This document shows positions 16,101-29,355 of a stretch of 64,000 bases of DNA, one piece after another (position 1 is the stretch's first letter; each line of letters starts with the position of its first letter). The stretch is from the human T2T-CHM13v2.0 reference genome, Homo sapiens, in NCBI RefSeq assembly GCF_009914755.1, contig NC_060933.1; one strand, 5' to 3'. The notes beneath the pieces are model-generated. The model was not told the origin of the DNA and did no database searches. It saw only the letters and a program-made list of their open reading frames with translations. Made by a program: the position numbers and the translations under genes.

Positions 16101-19100
16101 TCCCTTCCATTCCATTCCATTCCATTCCATCCCATTGCAATCTAGTTGATTCCATTGCATTCCATTCCATTCCATTCCATTCCATTGCATTCCATTCCAT
16201 TCCATTCACCTGCAGTCAGATTGATTCCATTCCATCCCATTCCATTCCATTCCGTTCCATTACATTCCATTCCATTCTATTCGCGTTAATTCCATTCCAT
16301 TCCATTCCATTACATTCCATTGCAATCGAGTTGATTCCATTCCATTCCGTTCCATTCCATTCCATTCCATTCCATTTCGTTCCATTCCATTTTATTCTGT
16401 ACCATTCCATTCCATTCCATTCCATTCCATTCCATTCCATGCCATTCCACTCGGGTTGATTCCATTGCTTTCCATTCCATTTGGGTTGAATCCAATCCAT
16501 TCCATTCCATTCCATTCCATTCCATTCCATTACATTCCATTCCATTGCACTAGGTTTGATTCCATTCCACGGCATTCCATTCCATTCCATTCCGTTCCAT
16601 TCCATTCCATTACATTCGGATTGATTGTATTCAATTCCCTTACACTCCATTACATTCCATTCCATTCGGGTTGTTTCCATTCCATTACATTCCATTCCAC
16701 TCCATTCCATTGCACTCAGGTTGATTCCATTCCATTCCATTCCATTCCATTCCATTTCGTTCCATTCCATTCTATTCCGTACCATTCCATTCCATTCCAT
16801 TCCATTCCATGCCATTCCACTCAGGTTTATTACATTCCTTTCCATTCCATTCGGGTTGAATCCATTCCATTCCATTCCCTTCCATTCCATTCCATTCCAT
16901 TCCTTTGCACTCGGGTTGATTCCATTCCATTCCCTGCCATTCCATTTCATTCCATTCCATTCCATTCCTTTCCATTCCATTCCATTCCATTCCATTCCAT
17001 TCCGTTCCATTCCATTCCATTACATTCGGATTGATTGTATTCAATTCCCTTAATCTCCATTACATTCCATTCCATTCGGGTTGTTTCCGTTCCATTACAT
17101 TCCATTCAACTCCATTCCATTGCACTCAGGTTGATTCCTTTCCATTGCATTCCATTCCATTCCATTCCATTCCATTTCGTTCCATTCCGTTCTATTCCGT
17201 ACCATTCCATTCCATTCCATTCCATTCCATGCCATTCCACTGGGGTTGATTCCATTCCTTTCCATTCCATTCGGGTTGAATCCATTCCATTCCATTCCAT
17301 TGCATTCCGTTCCATTCCATTCCCCTGCAATCGGGTGGATTCCATTCTATTCCATTCCATTCCATTCATTCCATTCCATTCCATTCCATTTCGTTCCATT
17401 CCATTCTATTCCGTACCTTTCCATTCCATTCCATTCCATTCCATTCCATGCCATGCCATTCCACTCGGGTTGATTCCATTCCTTTCCATTCCATTCTAGT
17501 TGAATCCATTCCATTGCATTCCATTCCATTCGATTCCATTCAATTGCACACGGGTTCATTCCATTCCATTCCATTCCATTCCATTCCATTCCGTTCCATT
17601 CCATTCCATTTCGTTCCTTTCCTTCTATTCCGTACCATTCCCTTCCATTCCATTCCATTCCACTCCGTTCCATACCATTCCACTCGGGTTTATTCCATTC
17701 CTTTCCATTCCATTTGGGTTGAATCCATTCCATTCCATTCCATTCCATTCCATTCCATTCCATTCCATGCCATTCCACTCGGGTTGTTTCCATTCCTTTC
17801 CATTCCATTAGAGTTGAACCCATTCCATTCCATTCCATTCCATTCCATTCCATTCCATTCCATTGCTCACGGGTTCATTCCATTCCATTCCATTCCATTC
17901 CATTCCATTTCGTTCCATTCCATTCTACTCCGTACCATTCCATTCCATTCCATTCCCTTCCATACCATTTCACTCGGGATTATTCCTTTCCTTTCCATTC
18001 CATTCGGGTTGAATCCATTCCATTCCATTCCATTGCATTCCATTCCATTCCATTCCCCTGTAATCGGGTGGATTCAATTCTATTCCATTCCATTCCATTC
18101 CATTCCATTCCATTCCATTCCATTCCATTTCGTTACATTCCATTCTATTCCGTACCTTTCCATTCCATTCCATTCCATTCCATTCCATGCCATTCCACTC
18201 GGGTTGATTCCATTGCTTTCCATTCCATTTGGGTTGAATCTAATCCATTCCATTCCATTCCATTCCATTCCATTCCATTGCACTAGGTTTGATTCCATTT
18301 CACTGCATTCCATTCCATTCCATTCCATTAAATTCCATTCCACTCGCGTTGATTCCATTCCTTTTCATTCCATTCGTGTTGAATCCATTCCATTCCATTC
18401 CATTACTTTCGATTCCATTCCATTGCACTCGGGTTGAACCCATTCCATTGGATTCCATTCCATTCCATTGCATTCCATTCCGTTCCATTCCATTCCATTA
18501 CATTTGTATTGATTCTATTCAATTCCCTTACACTCCATTCCATTCCATTCCATTCCATTCGGGTTGTTTCCATTCCATTCCATTCCATTCCACTCCATTC
18601 CATTGCAATCGGGTTGATTCCATTCCATTCCATTCCGTATGATTCCAGTCCATTGCATTCCATTCCATTCCATTCCCCTGCACTCGGGTGGATTCCATTC
18701 TATTCCATTCCATTCCATTCCACTCTATTCCATTCCATTCCATTACATTCCATTCCATTCCTTTCCATTCTATTCGGGTTAATTTCATTCCATTCCATTC
18801 CATTCCATTCCATTCCATTCCATTCCATTCCATTGAAATCGAGTTGATTCCATTTCATTCCATTCCATTCCATTCCATTCCATTCCATTGCATTCTATTC
18901 CGGTTAATTCCATTCCATTCCATTCCATTCCATTCCCTTCCATTCCATTCCATTCCATTCTATTAGGGTTAATTCCATTCCATTCCATTCCATTCCATTA
19001 CATTCCATTGCAATCGAGTTGATTCCATTCCATTCCATTCAATTCCGGATGATTGCATTCCATTGCCTTCCATTCCATTCCATTCCCCTGCACTCGGGTT

Positions 19101-22100
19101 GATTCCATTCCATTCCTTTCCATTCCATTCCATTCCATTCCATTCCATTCCATTCCATTTCGTTTCATTCCGTTCTATTCCGTACCATTCCATTCCATTC
19201 CATTCCATTTCATTCCATTCCATTCCATGCCATTCCACTCGGGTTGATTCCATTCCTTTCCATTCCATTCTACTTGAATCCATTCCATTCCATTCGATTC
19301 CATTCCATTGCACGCGGGTTCATTCCATTCCATTCCATTCCTTTCCATTCCATTCCATTGCACACGGGTTCATTCCATTCCATTCCATTCCATTCCATTC
19401 CATTCCAGTCCTTTCCATTCCATTCCACTCGGGTTGATTCCATTCTATTACTTTCCATTCCATTCCATTCCCTTCCATTCCACTCTGGTTGATTCCATTC
19501 CTTTCCATTCCACTCGAATACATTCCCTCCTATTCCACTCGGAACGATTCCATTCCATTCCATTCCATTCCATTCCATTCCATTCCACTCCATTCCATGC
19601 CATTCCACTCGGGTTTATTCCATTCCTTTCCGTTCCATTCGGGTTGAATCCATTCCATTCCATTCCATTCCATTCCATTCAATTCCATTACATAGCACTC
19701 GGGTTGATTCCATTCCATTCCATTCCATTCCATTGCATTCCATTCCATTCCATTCCATTCCATTGCATTCCATTCCATGCCATTCCACTCGGGTTGATTC
19801 CATTCCTTTCCATTCCATTCGAGTTGAACCCATTCCATTCCATTCCATTCCATTCCATTCCATTCCATTGCAATCGAATTGATTCCATTCCATTCCATTC
19901 CATTCCATTCCATTCCATTCCATTCCATTCCATGCCATTCCACTCGGGTTGATTCCATTGCTTTCCATTCGATTTGGGTTGAATCCAATCCATTCCATTC
20001 CATTCAATTCCATTCCTTTCCATTGCACTAGGTTTGATTCCATTCCACAGCATTCCATTCCATTCCATTCCATTCCATTGCATTCCATTCCATTCCATTC
20101 CATTCCATTCCATTCCACTCGGGATGATTCCATTCCTTTCCATTCCATTAGGGTTGAAACCATTCCATTCCATTCCATTCCTTTCGATTCCATTCCATTA
20201 CACTCGGGTTGATCCCATTCCATTGCATTGCATTCCATTCCGTTCCATTCCATTCCATTACATTCGTATTGATTCTATTCAATTCCCTTACACTCCATTA
20301 CATTCCATTCCATTCGGGTTGTTTCCATTCCATTCCATTCCATTCCACTCCATTCCATTGCAATCGGGTTGATTCCATTCCATTCCATTCCATTCCATTC
20401 CGTATGATTCCATTCCATTGCATTCCATTCCATTCCATTCCCCTGCACTCGGGTGGATTCCATTCTATTCCATTCCATTCCATTGCATTCCATTCCATTC
20501 CATTCCACTCCACTCCATGCCATTCCACTCGGGTTTAATCCATTCCTTTCCATTCCATTCGGGTTGAATCCATTCCATTCCATTCCATTCCACTCAATTC
20601 CATTACATTGCACTCGGGTTGATTCCATTCCATTCCATTCCATTCCATTCCATTCCATTCCATTTCGTTCTTTTCCATTCTATTCCGTACTATTCCATTC
20701 CATTCCTTTGCATTCCATGCCATTCCACTCGGGTTTATTCCATTCATTTTCATTCCATTCGGGTTGAATCCATTCCATTCCATTCCATTCCATTCCATTC
20801 CATTCCATTCCATTGCACTCGGGTTGATTGCATTCCATTCCATTCCATTCTACTCCATTTCGTTCCATTCCATACTATTCGGTAGCATTCCATTCCATTC
20901 CATTCCAATCCATTCCATTCCATGCCATTCCACTTGGGTTGATTCCCTTCCTTTCCATTCCATTCGGGTTGAATCCATTCCATTCCATTCCATTCCATTC
21001 CATTCCATTCCTTTCAATTCCATTGCACACGGTTTGGTTCCGTTCCATTCCTTTCCGTTCCATTCCGGATGACTCCATTCCATTGCATTCCATTCCATTC
21101 CATTCCCCTGCACTCGGGTTCATTACCTTCCATTCCATTTACTTCCATTCCATTCCATTCCATTCTATTCGGGTTAATTCCATTCCATTCCATTCCATTC
21201 CATTCCATTCCATTCCATGCCATTCCATTCCACTCCATTCCATGCCATTCCACTCGGGTTTATTCCATTCCTTTCCATTCCATTTGGGTTGAATCCATTC
21301 CATTCCATTCCATTCCATTCCATTCCATTCCATTCCATTCCATGCCATTGCACTCGGGTTGATTCCATTCCTTTCCATTCCATTCGAATTGAACCCATTC
21401 CATTCCATTCCATTCCATTCCATTCCATTCCATTGCTCACGGGTTCATTCCATTCCATTCCATTCCATTCCATTCCATTCCATTCCATTCCATTTCGTTC
21501 CATTCCATTCTACTCCGTACCATTCCATTCCATTCCATTCCCTTCCATGCCATTTCACTCGGGTTTATTCCATTCCTTTCCATTCCATTCGGGTTGAATC
21601 CATTCCATTCCATTCCATTCCATTCCATTCCATTCCATTCTATTGCGCTCGGGTTGATTCCATTCCATTCTATGCCATTCCATTTCATTCCATTCCATTC
21701 CATTCCATTGCATTCCATTCCATTCCTTTCCTTTCAATTCCATTCCACTACATTCGGATTGATTCTTTTTAATTCCCTTACACTCCATTACATTCCATTC
21801 CATTCGGGTACTTTCCATTCCATTCCATTCCATTCCACTGCATTCTATTGCACTCGCGTTGATTGATTCCATTCCATTGCATTCCATTCCATTCCATTCC
21901 ATTCCATTCCATTCCATTCCATTCTGTTCAGGTTAATTCCATTCCATTCCATTCCCTTCCATTCCATTCCATTCCATTCCATCCCATTGCAATCGAGGTG
22001 ATTCCATTGCATTCCATTCCATTCCATTCCATTGCATTCCATTCCATTCCATTCCCCTGCACTCAGATTGATTCCATTCCATTCCTTTCCATTCCATTCC

Positions 22101-22720
22101 GTTCCATTCCTTTCCATTCTATTTGCGTTAATTCCGTTCCATTCCATTCCATTACATTCCTTTGCAATCGAGTTGATTCCATTCCATTCCGTTCCATTCC
22201 ATTCCATTCCATTCCATTCCATGCCATTCCACTCGGGTTGATTCCATTCCTTTCCATTCCATTCGAGTTGAATCCATTCCATTCCATTCCATTCCATTCG
22301 ATTCCATTCCATTGCTCACGTGTTCATTCCATTCCATTCCATTCCATTCCATTCCATTCCATTCCATTTCGTTCCATTCCATTCTCTTCCGTAGTATTCC
22401 ATTCCATTCCATTCCTCTCCATTCCATGCCATTCCACTCGGGTTTATTCCATTCCTTTCCATTCCATTCGGGTTGAATTCATTCCATTCCATTCCATTCC
22501 ATTCCATTCAATTCCATTACATTGCACTCGGGTTGATTCCATTCCATTCCATTCCATTTCAATCTATTCCCTTCCATTCCATTTCATTCCATTCCATTCC
22601 ATTCCATTCCATTCCATTCCATTCCATTCCATGCCATTCCACTCGGGTTGATTCCATTCCTTTCCATTCCATTCTAGTTGATCCCATTCCATTCCATTCC
22701 ATTCCATTCCATTGCACACG
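7151..22720 (+). repeat. Variant domain B (forward)
   Basis: A different landmark set: atgccattccactcgggtt...cgggttgaatcc, tttgggttgaa, gcactaggtttga, ctgttcaggttaa, gattgtattcaa, gctcacgggttc. It lacks ccggaagatt and long cgttc runs. Confidence 0.7.
10800..16320 (+). repeat. Tandem duplication, unit ~2.72-2.82 kb
   Basis: Paired rare variants: cacgttgatt 10,941/13,659; cggtacc 11,201/13,919; tagtagggtt 12,331/15,079; cactcgggttcattg 13,061/15,879; cacctgca 13,409/16,207. Confidence 0.85.
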
Positions 22721-22738
22721 GAATGGAATGGAATGGAA
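22697..22738. repeat. Breakpoint inverted repeat (17-bp perfect arms, 8-nt loop)
   Basis: ttccattccattccatt-gcacacgg-aatggaatggaatggaa. Confidence 0.9.
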
Positions 22739-24600
22739 ACAACCCGAATGGAATGGAATGTAATGGAGTTTAAGGGAATTGAATACAATCAATCCGAATG
22801 TAATGGAATGGAATGGAACGGAATGGAATGGAATGGAATGCAGTGGAATGGAATCAAACCTAGTGCAATGGAATGGAATGGAATGGAATGGAATGGAATG
22901 GAATGGAATGGATTGGATTCAACCCAAATGGAATGGAAAGCAATGGAATCAACCCGAGTGGAATGGCATGGAATGGAATGGAATGGAATGGAATGGTACA
23001 GAAAAGAATGGAATGGAACGAAATGGAATGGAATGGAATGGAATGGAACGGAATGGAATGGAATCAACTCGATTGCAATGGAATGTAATGGAATGGAATG
23101 GAATGGAATTAACGCGAATAGAATGGAATGGAATGTAATGGAACGGAAAGGAATGGAATGGGATGGAATGGAGTCAATCTGAGTGCAGGGGAATGGAATG
23201 GAATGGAATGCAATGGAATGGAATGCAATGGAATGGAATGCCATGGAATCAACTAGATTGCAATGGGATGGAATGGAATGGAATGGAATGGAAGGGAATG
23301 GAATGGAATGGAATTAACCTGAACAGAATGGAATGGAATGGAATGGAACGGAATGGAATGGAATGGAATGGAATGGAATGGATTCAAACCGAATGGAATG
23401 GAAAGGAATGGAATAAACCCGAGTGAAATGGCTTGGAAGGGAATGGAATGGAATGGAATGGTACGGAGTAGAATGGAATGGAACGAAATGGAATGGAATG
23501 GAATGGAATGGAATGGAATGGAATGGAATGGAATGAACCCGTGAGCAATGGAATGGGATGGAATGGAATGGAATGGAAGGGAATGGAATGGGTTAAATTC
23601 GAATGGAATGGAAAGGAATGGAATCAAGCCGAGTGCAATGGCATGGAATGGAATGGAATGGAATGGAATGGAATGGAATGGAATGGATTCAACCCGAATG
23701 GAATGGAAAGGAATGGAATAAACCCGAGTGGAATGGCATGGAATGGAGTGGAATGGAATGGAATGGAATGGAATGGAATGGAATGGAATGGAATTAACCC
23801 TAATAGAATGGAATGGAATGGAATGGAATGGAATGGAATGGAAGGGAATGGAATGGAATGGAATGGAATGGAATTAACACGAATAGAATGGAATGGAATG
23901 GAATGGAATGGAATGGAATGGAATCAACTCGATTTCATTGGAATGGAATGGAATGGAATGGAATGGAATGGAAGGGAATGGAATGAAATTAACCCGAATA
24001 GAATGGAATGGAATGGAATGGAATGGAATGGAATGGAATAGAATGGAATCCAACCGAGTGCAGTGGAATGGAATGGAATGGAATGCAATGGAATGGAATC
24101 ATACGGAATGGAATGGAATGGAATGGAATGAAATGGAATGGAATGCAATGGAATGGAATGGAATCAACCCGATTGCAATGGAATGGAGTGGAATGGAATG
24201 GAATGGAATGGAAACAACCCGAATGGAATGGAATGTAATGGAGAGTAAGGGAATTGAATAGAATCAATACGAATGTAATGGAATGGAATGGAACGGAATG
24301 GAATGCAATGGAATGGAATGGAATGCAATGGAATGGGATCAACCCGAGTGAAATGGAATGGAATCGAAAGGAATGGAATGGAATGGAATGGTTTCAACCA
24401 GAATGGAATGGAAAGGAATGGAATCAACCCGAGTGGAACGGAATGGAATGGAATGGAATGGAATGGAATGGAATGGAATGGAATGGAATGGGTTCAACTC
24501 GAATGGAATGGAAAAGAATGGAATCAACCCGAGTGGAATGGCATGGAATGGAATGGAATGGAATGGAATGGAATGGAATGGATTCATCCCGAATGGAATG
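22721..24600 (-). repeat. Variant domain B (inverted)
   Basis: Reverse complements of B landmarks: caaacctagtgc (~22,855), ttcaacccaaa (~22,920), ttaacctgaacag (~23,315), gaacccgtgagc (~23,535). Confidence 0.7.
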
Positions 24601-27600
24601 GAAGGGAATGGAATTAACCCGAATAGAATGGAATGGAATGGAATTGAACGGAATGGAATGGAATGGAATGGAATGGAATGGAATGGAATCAACCCGACTG
24701 CAGGGGAATGGAATGGAATGGAATGGAATGGAATGGAATCATCCGGAACAGAATGGACTGGAATGGAATGGAATCCACTCGATTGCAATGGAATGGAATG
24801 GAATGGAATTTAATCCAATGGAATGGAATGGAATTAACCGGAATAGAATGGAATGGAATGCAATGGAACGGAATGGAATGGAATGGAATGGAATGGAATG
24901 GAATGGAATCAACCCGAGTGCAGGGGAATGGAATGGAATGGAATGCAATGGAATGGAATCATCCGGAATGGAATGGAATGGAATGGAATGCAATCAACCT
25001 GATGCAATGGAATGGAGTGGAAAGGAATGGAATGGAATGGAAACATCCCGAATGGAATGGAATGTAATGGAGTGTAAGGGAATTGAATAGAATCAATCCG
25101 AATGGAATGGAATGGAATGAAATGGAATGGAATGGAATGGAATGGAATCAACCCGAGTGCAATGGAATGGATTCGAATGGAATGGAATGGAATGGAATGG
25201 ATTCAACAAGAATGGAATGGAAAGGAATGGAATCAACCCGAGTGTAATGGCATGGAATGGAACGGAATGGAATGGGATGGAATCGAATGGTATGGAATAG
25301 AATGGAATAGAATGAAATGGAATGGAATGGAATGGAATGGAATGAACCCGTGTGCAATGGAATGGAATGGAATGGAATGGAATGGATTCAACTCGAATGG
25401 AATCAACTCGATTGCAATGGAATGGAATGGAATTGAAAGGAATATAATGGAATAAACACGAGTGGAATGGAATGGAAAGGACTGGAATGGAGTGGAATGG
25501 AATGGAATGGAATTTACACAAATAGAATGAAATGGAACGGAATGGAATGGAATGTAATGGAACGCAATGGAAAGGAATCATCCGGAATGGAATGGAATGG
25601 AATGGAATGGAATGGAATGGAATGGAATGGAATCAACTCGATTGCAATGGAATGGAATGGAATGGAATTAACCCGAATAGAATGGAATGGAATGGAATGG
25701 AACGGAACGGAATGGAATGGAATGGAATGGAACGGAACGGAATGGAATGGAATGGAATGGAATGGAATCAACGCGAGTGCAGGGGAATGGAATGGAATGG
25801 AATGCAATGGAATGGAAACTTCCGTAATGGAATGGAATGGAATGGAATGGAATGAAATGCAATGGATTCAACTCGATTGCAATGGAATGGAATAGAATGG
25901 AATGAAATGGAATGGAATGCAATTAATCCGAATAGAATGGAATGGAATGGAATGGAACGGAATGGAACGGAATGGAATGGAATGGAATGGAATGGAATGG
26001 TATGGAATGGAATGGAATGGTACGGAATAGAATGGAATGGAACGAATTGTAATGGAATGGAATTGAATGGAATGGAATGGAATGGAATGGAATCAACGCG
26101 AGTGCAGGGGAATGTAATGGAACGGAATGCAATGGAATGGAATCATCCGGAATGGAATGGAATGGAATGGAATGGAATGGAATGGAATGGAATCAACCCG
26201 AGTGCAATGGAATGGAGTGGAATGGAATGGAATGGAATGGAACAACACGAATGGAATGGAATGTAATGGAGAGTAAGGGAGTTGAATAGAATCAATCCGA
26301 ATGTAATGGAATGGAATGCAACGGAATGGAATGGAATGGAATGGAATGGAATGGAATGCAATGGAATGGAATCAACCCGAGTACAATGGAATGGAATGGA
26401 ATGGAAAGGAATGGAATGGAATGGAATGGAATCGTTCCGAGTGGAATAGGAGGGAATGTATTCGAGTGGAATGGAAAGGAATGGAATCAACCAGAGTGGA
26501 ATGGAAGGAAATGGAATGGAATGGAAACTAATAGAATGGAATCAACCCGAGTGGAATGGAATGGAAAGGACTGGAATGGAATGGAATGGAATGGAATCAA
26601 CTCGTTTGTAATGGAATGGAATGGAATGGAATGGAATGGAATGGAATTAACCCGAATACAATGGAAGGGAATGGAATGGAATGGAAACTAATAGAATGGA
26701 ATCAACCCGAATGGAATGGAATGGAAAGGACTGGAATGGAATGGAATGGAATGGAATCAACTCGATTGTAATGGAATAGAATGGAATGGAAGGGAATGGA
26801 ATGGAATTAACCCGAATACAATGGAATGGAATGGAATGGAATGGAATGGAGTGGAATGGAATGGAATCAACCCTAGTGCAGGGGAATGGAATGGAATGGA
26901 ATGCAATGGAATGGAATCATCCGGAATGGAATCGAATGGAATGGAATGCAAAGCAATGGAATCAACTCGATTGCAATGGAATGGAATGGAATGGAAAGGA
27001 ATACATTGGAATCAACCCGAGTGGAATGGAATGGAAAGGACTTTAATGGACTGGAATGGAATGGAATGCGACGGAATGGAATGGAATGGAATCAACTTGA
27101 TTGGAATGGAATGGAATGGAATGGAATGGAATGGAATGAGATCAACTTGATTGGAATGGAATGGAATGGAATGGAATGGAATGGAATGGAATCAACCCGA
27201 CTGCAGGGGAATGGAATGGAATGCAATGCAATGGAATAGATTCAACTTGAATGGAATGGAAAGAATGGAATCAACACGAGTGGAATGGCATGGATTGGAA
27301 TGGAATGGAATGGAATCAACCCGAGTACAGGGGAATGGAATGGAATGGAATGCAATGGAATGGAATCATCCGTAATGGAATGGAAAGGAATGGAATGGAA
27401 TGGAAAGGAATAGAATGGAATGGAATGGAATGGAATGGAATCAACTCGATTGCAATCGAATGGAATGGAATGGAATTAACCCAAATAGAATGGAATGGAA
27501 TGGAATGGAACGGAACGGAATGGAATGGAATGGAATGGAATGGAACGGAACGGAATGGAATGGAATGGAATGGAATGGAATGGAATCAACGCGAGTGCAG

Positions 27601-27959
27601 GGGAATGGAATGGAATGGAATGCAATGGAATGGAATCTTCCGGAATGGAATGGAATTGAATGGAATGGAATGGAATGGTATGGAATAAACCCGAGTGCAA
27701 TGGAATGGAGTGGAATGGAATGGAATGGAATGGAATGGAACAACCCGAATGGAATGGAATGGAATGGAGACTAAGGGAGTTGAATAGAATCAATCCGAAT
27801 GTAATGGAATGGAATGGAACGGAATGGAATTGAATGGAATGGAATGGAATGGAATGCAGTGGAATGGAAACTTCCGGAATGGAATGGAAAGGAATGGAAT
27901 GGAATGAAATGCAATGGATTCAACTCGATTGCAATGGAATGTAATAGAATGGAATGGAA

Positions 27960-29355
27960 TGGAATGGAATGGAATGGAATGGAATCAACTCGATTGCAAT
28001 GGAATGGAATGGAATGGAATTAACCCGAATAGAATGGAATGGAATGGAATGGAACGGAACGGAACGGAATGGAATGGAACGGAATGGAATGGAACGGAAC
28101 GGAACGGAACGGAATGGAATGGAATGGAATGGAATGGAATGGAATGGAATCAACCCGAGTGCAATGGAATGGAGTGGAATGGAATGGAATGGAATGGAAC
28201 AACCCGAATGGAATGGAATGTAATGGAGAGTAAGGGAGTTGAATAGAATCAATCCGAATGTAATGGAATGGAATGGAACGGAATGGAATTGAATGGAATG
28301 GAATGGAATGCAATGGAATGGAATCAACCCGAGTGCAATGGAATGGAGAGGAATGGAATGGAATGGAATGGAAACTACCTGAATGGAATGGAATGTAATG
28401 GAGTGTAAGGGAATTGAATAGAATCAATCCGAATGTAATGGAATGGAATGGAACGGAATGGAATGGAATGGAATGGAATGGAATGGAATCAACCCGACTG
28501 CAGGGGAATGGAATGGAATGGAATGCAATGGAATGGATTCAACTTGAATGGAATGGAAAGAATGGAATCAACACGAGTGGAATGGCATGGATTGGAATGG
28601 AATGGAATGGAATCAACCCGAGTACAGGGGAATGGAATGGAATGGAATGCAATGGAATGGAATCATCCGTAATGGAATGGAAAGGAATGGAATGGAATGG
28701 AATGGAATGGAATGGAATGGAATGGAATCAACTCGATTGCAATCGAATGGAATGCAATGGAATTAACCCAAATAGAATGGAATGGAATGGAATGGAACGG
28801 AACGGAATGGAATGAAATGGAATGGAATAGAACGGAACGGAACGGAACGGAACGGAACGGAACGGAATGGAATGGAATGGAATGGAATGGAATGGAATCA
28901 ACGCGAGTGCAGGGGAATGGAATGGAATGGAATTCAATGGAATGGAATCTTCCGCAATGGAATGGAATGGAATGGAATGGAATGGAATGGAATGGAATCA
29001 ACCCGAGTGCAATGGAATGGAGTGGAATGGAATGGAATGGAATGGAACAACCCGAATGGAATGGAATGTAATGGAGAGTAAGGGAGTTGAATAGAATCAA
29101 TCCGAATGTAATGGAATGGAATGGAACGGAATGGAATGGAATGGAATGGAATGGAATGCAATGCAATGGAATCAACCCGAGTTCACTGAAATGGAGAGGA
29201 ATGGAATGGAATGGAATGGAAACTACCCGAAAGGAATGGAATGTAATGGAGTGTAAGGGAATTGAATAGAATCAATCCGAATGTAATGGAATGGAATGGA
29301 ACGGAACGGAATGGAATGGAATGGAATGGAATGGAATGGAATGGAATGCAATGGA
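27960..29355 (-). repeat. ~1.4 kb segment duplicated at ~31,930-33,340 (copy 1)
   Basis: Offset 3,977 (ORFs 28,414/32,391; 29,087/33,064). Shared rare variants gttcactgaaatgg, ctacccgaaagg, tcttccgcaa and (aacgg)7. Confidence 0.85.

Larger units (their letters stand above)
1..22720 (+). repeat. Orientation block 1: C-rich (CATTC) strand on +
   Basis: Reads ccattccatt... up to attgcacacg at 22,711-22,720. Confidence 0.97.

Noticed and set aside
22712-23182. ORFs crossing the breakpoints as chimeric genes (also 34,961-35,413 and 35,344-35,577)
   Set aside because: They are simply IPFHS and MEWNG repeat frames joined at the strand switch.
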